This document shows positions 20,330 through 29,746 of a stretch of 56,243 bases of DNA, piece by piece. Origin of the DNA: an uncultured Gammaproteobacteria bacterium (GTDB lineage Bacteria; Pseudomonadota; Gammaproteobacteria; Steroidobacterales; SZUA-146); contig CAWUKD010000005.1 in assembly GCA_963922815.1 (NCBI GenBank), positions 1-56,243 on the forward strand, in the 5' to 3' direction. Position numbers and translations under genes: made by a program. The notes beneath the pieces are model-generated. The model saw only the letters and a program-made list of their open reading frames with translations. It ran no database searches and was not told the DNA's origin. How positions within the stretch are numbered: position 1 is the stretch's first letter; every line of letters begins with the position of its first letter.

Positions 20330-20965
20330 ATGAAATACGCCACGTTAAAACTGGTTCTGCTGGTACTTGGACTGTCCGGTGCGTCCTCACAGGCAACGCT
20401 TTTTATTAACGAGTTTCACTACGACAACGCCGGCATGGATGTTAATGAAGGCGTGGAGCTCGCCGGCACCGCCGGCCTGGATCTATCCGGCTATCAACTG
20501 CTGCTCTACAACGGATCAAACGGCACCGTGTACTCGGAAATCTTGCTTAAGGGCGTCATTGCAGATCAGGAAAATGGCTACGGCGCCGTATTTTTCACCA
20601 CGGCTTTGCAAAACGGTCCGGACGGGCTCGCGCTTGTAGACGAAACCGGTGGCGTGCTGCAATTTATCAGCTACGAAGGCAGTTTCGCGGCAACCGACGG
20701 GGCGGCAGCCGGTATGACCAGCGTAGACATAGGCGTGTTCGAAGCCACCAACACCAAGCCCAATGCCAGCCTTCAGTTGGCCGGCAACAGCATTGACCAG
20801 TTCAGCTGGATTCTGGATACAGCGAGCAGCGGACAAATAAACTCGCAGCAAAGCTTTGGCACCCCGGTCCCTGTTCCGGCAACGTGGCCGCTACTGGCCG
20901 CCTCACTGGCCGTGCTGCGACTCTTTCGCAAACCGGTATCGGTGACGGCATCCTGCTCGCCTTAG
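20330..20965 (+). CDS. Lamin-tail-like domain protein with VPLPA-CTERM-type sorting tail
   Basis: Signal peptide; FINEFHYDN.G.D..EGVEL, LYNG, LQNGPDGLAL, FISYEG. Tail PVPVPATWPLLAASLAVLRLFRK. AAGGAG RBS. Confidence 0.78.
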   Translation: MKYATLKLVLLVLGLSGASSQATLFINEFHYDNAGMDVNEGVELAGTAGLDLSGYQLLLYNGSNGTVYSEILLKGVIADQENGYGAVFFTTALQNGPDGLALVDETGGVLQFISYEGSFAATDGAAAGMTSVDIGVFEATNTKPNASLQLAGNSIDQFSWILDTASSGQINSQQSFGTPVPVPATWPLLAASLAVLRLFRKPVSVTASCSP

Positions 20966-21062
20966 GCCGCTCTTGAATGGGCCAATCAGGCCGTGTCAAT
21001 TGTGTAAGGCACGTATAGATGTACGGGCAAGCTGTTGGTAGGTTCAAAGAGGTAGAAAAGTG

Positions 21063-21094
21063 CCTGGCGCCGGAGTTTATCCGACGGCGCCAGG
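21063..21094. terminator. Stem-loop upstream of macrodomain gene
   Basis: CCTGGCGCCG-N12-CGGCGCCAGG, perfect 10-bp stem. Confidence 0.45.
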
Positions 21095-21154
21095 AACCCG
21101 GCCTCTTTTACGAATCAGACTGTTGAACAACAACACAGCCATCAGGAAACCAAC

Positions 21155-21646
21155 ATGATCTACGAAGTCTCGGGAGACATTCTCCTTACCAAAGCACAAA
21201 TGATTGCTCACGGCATCGCCTCGAATGACCCGATGACTCAAGGGCTGGCACTGTCGTTACACAAGTTTTATCCGGCCATGCACAAGGATTTTCATCATTG
21301 GTGTCATGTGCACAACCCCAAACCGGGCAGCGCCTGGATGTGGGGAGGCGCCGGCGGCGTTCGCGTCGCCAATCTGATCACCCAGGAAAGCAGCGGACAT
21401 GGTGGTCACCCGGGCAAAGCGTCGATAAAATACGTTCGAAAGTGCTTGAAAGAACTTAAGAAGATGATAGAAAAGGAAAAAATCACATCGGTAGCGCTGC
21501 CCAAGCTCGCCACCGGCGTGGGCGGCCTCGACTGGAAAGACGTTCAGCCCCTGATTAACGATATCCTTGGCGATATGGATGTTCCGGTTTACGTGTACAC
21601 CCTGTTTCATGCTGACCAGAAAGCGAAGGAACCCGGAATCATCTAG
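21155..21646 (+). CDS. Macro domain protein (Poa1p/TARG1/DarG-like class)
   Basis: N-terminal GDIL, NLITQ, and SVALPKLATGVGGLDW signature. Confidence 0.85.
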   Translation: MIYEVSGDILLTKAQMIAHGIASNDPMTQGLALSLHKFYPAMHKDFHHWCHVHNPKPGSAWMWGGAGGVRVANLITQESSGHGGHPGKASIKYVRKCLKELKKMIEKEKITSVALPKLATGVGGLDWKDVQPLINDILGDMDVPVYVYTLFHADQKAKEPGII

Positions 21647-21815
21647 CGGTGGGACCGGACGTGACACCATAACCTGACGGTACCGGGCGCGGTCAGACCA
21701 TCGCGTTTGGCAGCCGCCAGGTTGCAGCACCGCATCAGCGTGCCCGGTGTCGGACCGGCGTATCGGCGTACCAGCGTGATTGCATCGTGAGGTATCGCCA
21801 TAACGGGAGAAGTGG

Positions 21816-22373
21816 ATGACCGACGACGACAAACCGTTTTTTCCGATACGGGCCGCGCGCGAGCTCATGATTCCCCTGGACATCTATCCAAGCGTGCTGG
21901 AAAGCGCCACGCTCGCCGAGGCCATTTCCACGTTCAGCAATGCACGCATTGATCGCAAGGGCACGCTGTCACTTCCGCGCATTCTGCTCGTGTTCAATGA
22001 CGATCAGGAGCTGACGGGGCTGGTACGCCGCAGAGACATCATTTCCGGTCTGCTGCCCGACTTCCTGACCCGGCAGGAAGTGCCGCACGCCGAAAGTCAC
22101 TACGACAGCGATCAGACCTCGAATATCGATCTTGCCGAACTGTTTAAAGACAAAGAGCACAAAGTCATGTCAGCCAATGCCAAAGCTGACGTCACCACCA
22201 TCATGCATGAGATCGATATCGTGGTGGATGCCGACGACGACCTGATGGATCTCGTCGCCCATATCTCGAGAACACGCAGCCACCTGCTGCCGGTCATGGA
22301 GGACGGACAGGTAATTGGCGTCGTTCGGACGATTGAACTTTTAAACCAGATTCGCAGGCTGCTTGAGCTTTGA
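21816..22373 (+). CDS. CBS domain pair protein
   Basis: ARELMIPL..YPSV...ATLAEA, GLVRRRDI, LPVMEDGQVIGVVR. GAGG RBS. Confidence 0.8.
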   Translation: MTDDDKPFFPIRAARELMIPLDIYPSVLESATLAEAISTFSNARIDRKGTLSLPRILLVFNDDQELTGLVRRRDIISGLLPDFLTRQEVPHAESHYDSDQTSNIDLAELFKDKEHKVMSANAKADVTTIMHEIDIVVDADDDLMDLVAHISRTRSHLLPVMEDGQVIGVVRTIELLNQIRRLLEL

Positions 22374-23893
22374 CCCCACCCGATATCGACACCCCTGCCC
22401 GCGGCGGTGAAACGCCGGATTCGTCCCGGCGAAAATCCCTTGTCGCTTTGTTGAAATCGACCGAGTTCAGGCGCTGGGCATGGCTGCTTCTGGGCGTACT
22501 GTCGTTTGCAACGATCTCAATCTGGGAAGGCATTCCGTCCGTCACCGATCCGAACGGAGACGTTGTTTCTCTCAATCGTGAAGCACAGCTGGCCCTGGCA
22601 CTGTTCACCCTCGCCGCCATCTGGTGGGTGTTTGAGGTTGTTCCGATTGGCGTGACGGCCATTGCTATCGGGGTACTACAGGCGGCCTTCATGATTCGCG
22701 ACCCCCGGGTCGCGTGGACGGACTTTTTCGATCCTTCCGTTTGGTTTATTTTCGGTTCGGTCATCATCGGGCTGGTCTTCATGCAAACCGGCCTGACCAA
22801 GAGAATTGCCTATGCCATGCTCATGAAGGTTGGTGAGAAAACACGTAACATTTACCTCGGTGCGTTCGTCATGACCGCCGGCATGACTCTCGTGATGGCG
22901 CATACGGCCGTTGCCGCTGCCGTTTTTCCCGTGCTTATGGCGATTAACAAACTGTATTCCGACGACGATGCGCCCACCCGTTTCGGGGCCGGGCTGTTTG
23001 TCGGCATGGCGTTTACCGCGGGTGCAGGCAGCATCATCACGCTGTTCGGTGCTGCGCGCAGTGCCGTTGGTATTGGCTTCTTCCGTGAACTGGCCGGGCG
23101 TGAAATCGATTTTTTCGAACTCACCTGGTACATGGCGCCGCTCGGCATCCTGATGGTGATTCTTCTGTGGGTTTACGTGGTGATTGTTTTTCCACCGGAG
23201 CGCGCGGTCATTCGCGGCCTCAAAGAGCGGGCCGGTGCGCTGTACGACACGCTGGGACCCATGAGTCGCAACGAAATTCTGGCGCTGGTTATTACCGTGG
23301 GTGCGGTTTTGATCATGGGGCTCAGTCAGTTCATACCGGCCTTGTCCGGCCTCCACAAGAGCGCGGTAATCCTGAGCGCCACCGTGCTGTTCTTCGCCTT
23401 CAGAATACTTCGCGCCCGCGACCTTGAGAGCGTGTCGTGGAATATTATCCTGCTGTTTGGCGGCGCGATGAGCATAGGTTTTTGTCTGTGGCAAACGGGC
23501 GCGGCCGAGTGGCTCGCCATTATCTGGCTTAACGCGCTGAGTGACGCGCCTGCACTGATGTTCATTATTGGCATCGGCTTCTTTGTCATGATCATGACCA
23601 ACCTGATCATGAATGTGGCCGCCATCGCCATTTCGCTGCCCGTGGCGCTGGTCATAGCCCCGTATCTCGGGGTTGCACCTGAGCCGATACTGTTTACGTC
23701 ACTCGCCGCCGCCGGCATGCCGTTTCTGCTTCTCGTCGGAGCTGCACCGAATGCGATTGCCTACAACTCAAAACAGTTTACAACCGCGCGCTTCTTTGTG
23801 AGCGGTATTCCCGCGAGCATTATTCTCATGGCGGTTATCGCGCTGTTTGTGTGGAAAATCTGGCCGTGGATGGGGATGCCCATTCGGCTCTAG
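22370..23893 (+). CDS. SLC13/DASS family anion permease
   Basis: WVFEVVPIGVT, TGLTKRIA, MAHTAVAA, WNIILLFGGA, TNLIMNVAA, GAAPNAIAY. TTGA overlap with the CBS gene. Confidence 0.88.
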   Translation: MTPPDIDTPARGGETPDSSRRKSLVALLKSTEFRRWAWLLLGVLSFATISIWEGIPSVTDPNGDVVSLNREAQLALALFTLAAIWWVFEVVPIGVTAIAIGVLQAAFMIRDPRVAWTDFFDPSVWFIFGSVIIGLVFMQTGLTKRIAYAMLMKVGEKTRNIYLGAFVMTAGMTLVMAHTAVAAAVFPVLMAINKLYSDDDAPTRFGAGLFVGMAFTAGAGSIITLFGAARSAVGIGFFRELAGREIDFFELTWYMAPLGILMVILLWVYVVIVFPPERAVIRGLKERAGALYDTLGPMSRNEILALVITVGAVLIMGLSQFIPALSGLHKSAVILSATVLFFAFRILRARDLESVSWNIILLFGGAMSIGFCLWQTGAAEWLAIIWLNALSDAPALMFIIGIGFFVMIMTNLIMNVAAIAISLPVALVIAPYLGVAPEPILFTSLAAAGMPFLLLVGAAPNAIAYNSKQFTTARFFVSGIPASIILMAVIALFVWKIWPWMGMPIRL

Positions 23894-23913
23894 AAACCTG
23901 CCTAAACACCAAA

Positions 23914-23950
23914 GGTCGCGGCGCAACCGCAAAGTGGCTGCACCGCGACC
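23914..23950. terminator. Long imperfect hairpin between convergent genes
   Basis: GGTCGCGG...CCGCGACC outer stem with inner pairing. Confidence 0.55.
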
Positions 23951-24016
23951 GTACTGACCTGACCGTACTGGTCTGACCGTACTGGCCTGACCGTACTGGC
24001 CTGACCGTTCGGGCCT
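23947..24016. repeat. 14-bp tandem repeat x5 (GACCGTACTGGCCT consensus)
   Basis: Copies start at 23947, 23961, 23975, 23989 and 24003. Copies 3 and 4 are identical; no spacers. Confidence 0.92.
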
Positions 24017-25226
24017 AGAAGTCTGAACTGATCGCTATCCGCTCCAAAACCGACAGACGACTCTGATCTTTCAGCGTGACAAACCTGAGCGAGAACGGTG
24101 CCGAAGCCCCTGAACCGGCCACATGTTCATCGTTAAACGTCAGGCGAATCACACCGGCTCCTCTGGACACCCACTGCGCCGTTGCCGACGTAGCCACGGG
24201 CACACTCCCGGATTCGGTCGTCCCGTAAAGAACTGCGCTGACTTCGTAGCGTCCCGCGCTGGCGACCTGCACACCAACATCGAAACGGAAACCCTCACGT
24301 TCCACAGTGCCGTCCAACCGGGCAGTTGGATATGCGGTCGCAAACGCCGTTTTGACATCACGCTGCAGGCCTGTCGCATCAAGCGCCGACACGTGCAGCT
24401 CCCACAGTCCCGAGTCGTAGGACGTTGCGTCCATCGCCCTGGCCAACACGGAATAGGCGTCACCCCGGGTACTGACCTCCGCTTTGAATCGCTCGCCCTC
24501 AGGACTCAGCACAAATGCCGAAACCGACTTGAGTTCGACGTCAGCACCTGAGTTCACGAACTGACCGCCGGCTTCGAAGGTCTGCCCGGCCAGCGCCTGT
24601 TCCGGCGCCCGCAGGCTCAGCTCGGCGCTGCCTTTTGCATCAAGAACATGAAGCTGGTAGCTCGGTGCTAAGGCCCCTTTGTCGGCGCGCAGAACAAACG
24701 TACCGCTGCCAAGAGCCCGATTCAGTCGAAAGCCCACCATGCCGTTGGAAAACGGTACACCGGTTGCCTGTATCGCCGCCTGATCAACCAGCTGATCCAT
24801 GCCGTCTGCACCACGCAGCACCGTTCCTTCTGATGTCGCAATGGACAAGTCGAGCGGACTTAGTCCCGCTCCTTTGGCTTGCGACAGCGGACTCAATGCC
24901 ACGACGGCACCCGCACCGGTCGTGCGAATGGTGACGCCCTCATTCAGCTCGCGGGCGCTGACCGCCGTTCGATACTCGCGACTGACAGCAACAAACGGCT
25001 CGTTCACAGACAGTTGCCGATTGTGATGGATATGATTGCGCTGGACAGGCATGTCAAAGCTCACCGTGTCGCGGCTGGTATTGGCGAGCGGTCCGGTCGG
25101 AGCCGCTACCAGATTCGCTGCCCTGAGATCGTGTTCACCGGCTTGCAGCGTCACGCTATCGGCCACCGCAGTTCCCGAAACACACCCAAACATTGCGCAT
25201 AGCAGTAATGATTTTATTGGTTTCAT
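24015..25226 (-). CDS. DUF4785-like exported protein
   Basis: Signal peptide; SREY, GVTIRTT..GAVV.LSP, GLWELHV, RDVKTAF...PTARL, GRYEVSAVLYGT, LKDQSR. Confidence 0.78.
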   Translation of the reverse strand: MKPIKSLLLCAMFGCVSGTAVADSVTLQAGEHDLRAANLVAAPTGPLANTSRDTVSFDMPVQRNHIHHNRQLSVNEPFVAVSREYRTAVSARELNEGVTIRTTGAGAVVALSPLSQAKGAGLSPLDLSIATSEGTVLRGADGMDQLVDQAAIQATGVPFSNGMVGFRLNRALGSGTFVLRADKGALAPSYQLHVLDAKGSAELSLRAPEQALAGQTFEAGGQFVNSGADVELKSVSAFVLSPEGERFKAEVSTRGDAYSVLARAMDATSYDSGLWELHVSALDATGLQRDVKTAFATAYPTARLDGTVEREGFRFDVGVQVASAGRYEVSAVLYGTTESGSVPVATSATAQWVSRGAGVIRLTFNDEHVAGSGASAPFSLRFVTLKDQSRLSVLERIAISSDF

Positions 25227-25235
25227 GACATCCCC

Positions 25236-26090
25236 CTAAAGTGCGTTGCGCAACAGAACGTCGATGCCAAAACACTTGCGCCGACTTTGATTATGACTGA
25301 GCGGCTCATTGGTAAAGCTCCAGTCGTAGGTGGTACTGCTGCCGGCTCCTGCCTGAGAGCTGCAGTTCAAGAACCCGTCCGAACAGCTGTTTAACCAGTT
25401 CTGGGTAAACTCAAGTCCGACATTCAGCGAGTAGCCGCCACAATAGCTGTCGCTGTCCCAGAACGCCGATTCGACATCGGTACCCACGATGTTCTTGAAC
25501 GGTTTGGGTAGCGCCGGACGCCCGGACGTGCCGCTCAACCAGTAGGCGTTGTAGTACGCCATCCATGACACCTGCTGCATGCGCACGGCGTCATTGGCAT
25601 AGCCCAGCAGCCAGCCGAGTGAAATCTCGAACACGTTGCCATTGGTAACCGCATCGGCGAGCGGTGTTCCGAGGCTGGACGCGGCCACGGCATACACTTC
25701 CCGGGTCTTGCTGATGATATTCGGGTAGCGGCTGTCCCACGTCGGGTTCGACAGGATCCAGCGCATCACGTTACCGCCATTGGAATGCGTAATGACAACG
25801 AGGTCGGTGATATTTTTGCTGTTAATAAAAGTGGTCAGCTGATCAGCCAGACAGCCCGCGGCACCGGAACGCCACATGTACTGGGTGAACTGACAGTTTA
25901 TAACCGTATAGTTGTTTTGATTGGGCAGCCCCTGGCGAACGGAGTTGATGTTGTTCCACTGCCAGTAGTCCGCGGCCGCATTGGTCGCGTCACCGGTTCC
26001 GTGGACGAAGGCTACCCCTGTATTGGCTGACGCGTTGCCGCAGACAAACAGCAATGCGCACAGTAATGCACTAAACGATAATCGTCGCAT
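25236..26090 (-). CDS. Secreted alpha/beta hydrolase (lipase-like)
   Basis: Signal peptide, FVHGTG oxyanion motif, THSNGG nucleophile elbow, GTPLAD, SDG, LSHNQSR. Several Cys. Confidence 0.78.
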   Translation of the reverse strand: MRRLSFSALLCALLFVCGNASANTGVAFVHGTGDATNAAADYWQWNNINSVRQGLPNQNNYTVINCQFTQYMWRSGAAGCLADQLTTFINSKNITDLVVITHSNGGNVMRWILSNPTWDSRYPNIISKTREVYAVAASSLGTPLADAVTNGNVFEISLGWLLGYANDAVRMQQVSWMAYYNAYWLSGTSGRPALPKPFKNIVGTDVESAFWDSDSYCGGYSLNVGLEFTQNWLNSCSDGFLNCSSQAGAGSSTTYDWSFTNEPLSHNQSRRKCFGIDVLLRNAL

Positions 26091-26254
26091 AAATCCCCCT
26101 GATTAAGGCTTGCGCAGATCACGCCACGCAAGCAGAGTGAGCGCACGTGACATAATCCCCAACACGTGCTCATTGAGTATAACCGGGTAAATGCGTTTGT
26201 CTGCGAATGCGTCAGACAAAATGCGGCAAACGCTTACACGCGGGAATCCGCGTT

Positions 26255-27124
26255 TTACGAGCTCTTTTTGTCCAGAGTTCTGACCAGACCTTCCTGCGCC
26301 GTTGAGGCGACGAGTTCGCCCGCACGATTGTAAATCGTTCCGCGCGCAAACCCTCGCGAGCCCATCGAGCTTGGGCTGTCCATCACATAGAGCAGCCAGT
26401 CGTCGACTCGCGAGTCGCGATGAAACCACATGGCGTGATCCAGACTGGCCACCTGAAGGTGCTTGTCGCCTACCTGCACGTCGTGGGGCAGCGTCGCGGT
26501 GCGAATCAAATGGTAGTCCGACACGTAGGCCAGCAGCGTCCGATGCAAATCGGTGTCGTCGGCAACCGGGCCGACGGTGCGAAACCAGAGATAGGTGCGG
26601 GGTTCCGGCCCCGAGTCGGTCGCCAGGTCTTCGCCCCTGCCAAAGCGAAACTCGAACGGTCGTTCACGCGTGTAAAAGTCTCTTATGGACGGTGCGAGCC
26701 GGTCCCCGAGAGCCGCTACAACCGCTTCGGCATCGGGCAGTTCTTCCGGCGGGCGCACGTCCGGTATAGGGAACTGGTGCTCCAGGCCGGTTTCGGCTTT
26801 ATGAAACGATGCCGACAGGTTAAAAATCTGATGCCCGTGCTGGATCGCCGTAACCCGTCGCATGGAAAAACTCAGCCCATCCCGGGCGCGATCAACTTCA
26901 TAGACGATAGGATGCTTGATGTCACCTGCGCGCAGAAAATAGGCGTGCAGCGAATGCACCGGGCGATTGTTCACCGTTCGCAGCGCGGCACCCAGTGCCT
27001 GCGCCAGCACCTGCCCGCCAAACACGCGCGGACTGCCAATATCCCTGGAATCACCCCGAAACAGATAACGTTCGAGCTGTTCCAGCTCCAGGTGGTCCAG
27101 AAGTTCTTTGAGTATGGGTTGCAT
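26255..27124 (-). CDS. tesB: Acyl-CoA thioesterase II
   Basis: RVFGGQVLAQAL, HSLHAYFLR.GD, RDG.SFS.RRV, AYVSDY, ASLDHAMWFHR, QEGL. Confidence 0.94.
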   Translation of the reverse strand: MQPILKELLDHLELEQLERYLFRGDSRDIGSPRVFGGQVLAQALGAALRTVNNRPVHSLHAYFLRAGDIKHPIVYEVDRARDGLSFSMRRVTAIQHGHQIFNLSASFHKAETGLEHQFPIPDVRPPEELPDAEAVVAALGDRLAPSIRDFYTRERPFEFRFGRGEDLATDSGPEPRTYLWFRTVGPVADDTDLHRTLLAYVSDYHLIRTATLPHDVQVGDKHLQVASLDHAMWFHRDSRVDDWLLYVMDSPSSMGSRGFARGTIYNRAGELVASTAQEGLVRTLDKKSS

Positions 27125-27234
27125 GGGGTCAGGGCTCGGCCGGGTAACGAACACAGAGTTTACCGTGTCTCACGACGCAGGTCAGCGTACGTCAGGTTCG
27201 AGCCTTCGATTACGGGAATCGCCGGGCCTGGAGG

Positions 27235-29175
27235 TTACCGCCGATCGCCCCTGAGATTACTGACCAGTTCGTACAGGTACTCCTTTTGCGCGCGCTCGGG
27301 AGGTACAGCCGGCCCCACCACCACCTCAACGGGTTTGAACAGCACGCCCGGCAAACGCCCCCAAAACCCGCCCGGCTGTCTACTGAACACGCTGTCCCAG
27401 AATCCACGCAGCCCGACTGGAATAACAGGCACCGGGTTGCGCGCGATAATGCGCTCTATGCCGGCTTTGAACTCACCGATCTCGCCATCCCGGGTCAGCA
27501 TTCCCTCCGGAAAGATACACACCAGTTCGCCATTGTTGAGCGCCTGGTGAATTTCTTCGTAAGCCGCCTCGAGTAACTCCGCGTCTTCTTTGGCTGGCGC
27601 AATCGGAATGGTCTTGCCGGTTTTGAACACCGGGTTGAGCAGCTTCGAATAGTAGATCTTGTGATACATCACGAAGCGCGGCGGCCGGCGAGAGCAACTC
27701 CCCACCACCAGCGCGTCGATAAAGCTGACGTGATTGCAGACCATCACCGCAGCCCCTTCCAGCGGAATGTTATGCAGATCCGTTTCCCTGAGCCGATAGA
27801 AAATACGTACCAGCACCCAGGCGACCAGTCGCAGCACGAACTCCGGCACCAGGAAAAATATAAACAGAACAACGGCAACGTGCATCAGTGCCAGCACAAT
27901 GAACAGCTGCGAAATGGTAAGGCCCGACTTGATCAGCAGCAGCGCCGTCACGGTCGCTGCGATCATGAAGAACGAATTCATAATGTTCAGGCCGGCAAAC
28001 GTTCGCGACAGGTGGTTGCGATTTCCACGCGTTTGAATCATCGCGTAAAGAGGCACGATGTACAGCCCGCCTGAAATGGCAATTCCCACCAGATCGATCA
28101 GTATGCGAATGCTGCCATCGCGCTGCAGAAACTCTCTGGCATTCACCAGATCCGCTGAACCGGATACCGTGGGCGCGAATCCAAGATGCAGCGCGAACAG
28201 CGTCATGCCCAGCGCACCCATCGGAACAAGGCCGATTTCAACGGCCCTTCCGCTCCATCGGGCACACAGCATGGAGCCGATGCCAATGCCAACGGAAAAA
28301 GTCGCCATGAGCGTGGTCACGACCGTTTGATCGCCGGCGAGACTTTCGGACACGTAGCTCGGTACCTGATTCAGAACAAAAATTCCGAAAAACCAGAACC
28401 ACGAAACGCCCATGATGGCCAGAAACACAGAGTGGTTCTTGCTGGCGTACTGAAGAATGCGCCAGCTCTCGCGCGGCACGTTCCAGCTGATTTTCAGGCC
28501 CGGCGCCGTAGCGGCGGCATCGGGAATAAACCCGCTGGCAACACGTCCGGCAACCGCCAGCATGACGGTGGCAGCAGCCACGACGTAAGTGCCCACTTCC
28601 GGAATGGCCGACAACAGCCCGCCCGCAATGACGCCGAGAATAATGGCCAGAAACGTGCCCATTTCCACCAGCGCGTTCGCGCCCATTAACTGGTCGTTGC
28701 GCAAGTGCTGCGGCAGGATGCTGTACTTGAGCGGCCCGAAAAAGGTGGACTGTGTACCCATCAGGAACAGCACGCCCAGCAGCATCCAGAGCTGCGCGGT
28801 CAGCAGCGCCACGGTACCCAGCAGCATGACCCCGATCTCGTAGTTCTTGATGTGCTGAATCAACACCGCTTTTTCGTATTTTTCCGCCACCTGACCGGCG
28901 ATGGCCGAAAACAGAAAAAACGGCAGGATAAACAGACCGCCGGCAATATTGATCAGCGACTGGCTGTGATCGGCATCCACTCCGAGCGTGTATAGCTGGT
29001 AAGTGAAAATACCAACCAGCGCGTTTTTGTACACATTGTCGTTAAACGCTCCCAGAAACTGGGTGGTAAAGAACGCCCCGAATCGCCGGAGTTTGAGTAA
29101 CGCCCACGCGCTGGGATGGGCGCTGCCGCTATGATCAGCGGTGTCGGCGGATTCGTTCTCGCGTTCTGTGGTCAC
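27235..29175 (-). CDS. MFS lysophospholipid transporter fused to PlsC-type acyltransferase (LplT/Aas-like)
   Basis: TQFLGAFNDN, LFILPFFLFSA, FFGPLKYSILPQ. C-terminal NHVSFID and IFPEG acyltransferase motifs. Confidence 0.88.
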   Translation of the reverse strand: MTTERENESADTADHSGSAHPSAWALLKLRRFGAFFTTQFLGAFNDNVYKNALVGIFTYQLYTLGVDADHSQSLINIAGGLFILPFFLFSAIAGQVAEKYEKAVLIQHIKNYEIGVMLLGTVALLTAQLWMLLGVLFLMGTQSTFFGPLKYSILPQHLRNDQLMGANALVEMGTFLAIILGVIAGGLLSAIPEVGTYVVAAATVMLAVAGRVASGFIPDAAATAPGLKISWNVPRESWRILQYASKNHSVFLAIMGVSWFWFFGIFVLNQVPSYVSESLAGDQTVVTTLMATFSVGIGIGSMLCARWSGRAVEIGLVPMGALGMTLFALHLGFAPTVSGSADLVNAREFLQRDGSIRILIDLVGIAISGGLYIVPLYAMIQTRGNRNHLSRTFAGLNIMNSFFMIAATVTALLLIKSGLTISQLFIVLALMHVAVVLFIFFLVPEFVLRLVAWVLVRIFYRLRETDLHNIPLEGAAVMVCNHVSFIDALVVGSCSRRPPRFVMYHKIYYSKLLNPVFKTGKTIPIAPAKEDAELLEAAYEEIHQALNNGELVCIFPEGMLTRDGEIGEFKAGIERIIARNPVPVIPVGLRGFWDSVFSRQPGGFWGRLPGVLFKPVEVVVGPAVPPERAQKEYLYELVSNLRGDRR

Positions 29176-29195
29176 AGGCTGGCGCTCCCTGGCGT

Positions 29196-29678
29196 CTATT
29201 CAACCACCGTTATCGTAATTTTGGGTGACAGCATGTCTTCGCCGAGCGGTATGTGAGCAAAGTCGCCCAGCAACAGCTGAAGCGTGTGTTCACCGGGCGC
29301 GAGAGTGACTATGGCTTCGGTCTGACCACCGCCAAAGTGAATCACCTGCTCCGTGGCCGGCAACGGCCGACTCATGTCGGGCAGCGCATCCAGGTTGATC
29401 AGCAAGTGATGATGACCGGTTCCTTCTTTCACCGTACCTGCCGGTGCGACACCCATACCGTCAAGTCCAAATACCACTTTGAACGGAGACGTCACTTTCG
29501 CGCCGTCAACCGGACTAATAATATACGTGCGGGGCGAGTCCGCCGTCAGTGCGGCGACATCCGCCGACGCCAGCGCTGTGTTCGCCGGAGGTGCGCCCGC
29601 CGGCGCCTGTTCGGGTGAACATCCTGCCGTCATCGCAAGCGCAGAAACTGCCAGCACCAATCCTGTAAACCTGTTCAC
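29196..29678 (-). CDS. DUF4399 domain lipoprotein
   Basis: Lipobox TAGC; GMGVAPAG, TGHHHLLI, IHFGGGQTE, GEHTLQL.LGD..H.P. Confidence 0.88.
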   Translation of the reverse strand: MNRFTGLVLAVSALAMTAGCSPEQAPAGAPPANTALASADVAALTADSPRTYIISPVDGAKVTSPFKVVFGLDGMGVAPAGTVKEGTGHHHLLINLDALPDMSRPLPATEQVIHFGGGQTEAIVTLAPGEHTLQLLLGDFAHIPLGEDMLSPKITITVVE

Positions 29679-29746
29679 ATATCACTCCTGTTGTTGACCA
29701 CCCGTTTCGCAACGCATGGGAAATTAGCTGGATGCCAGCGTTGAGT

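Noticed and set aside
23947-24016. Possible CRISPR array
   Set aside because: 14-bp units are contiguous with no spacers, and there are no cas genes.
26420-27550. 376-aa plus-strand ORF
   Set aside because: Antisense to tesB and the MFS-acyltransferase; no motifs.
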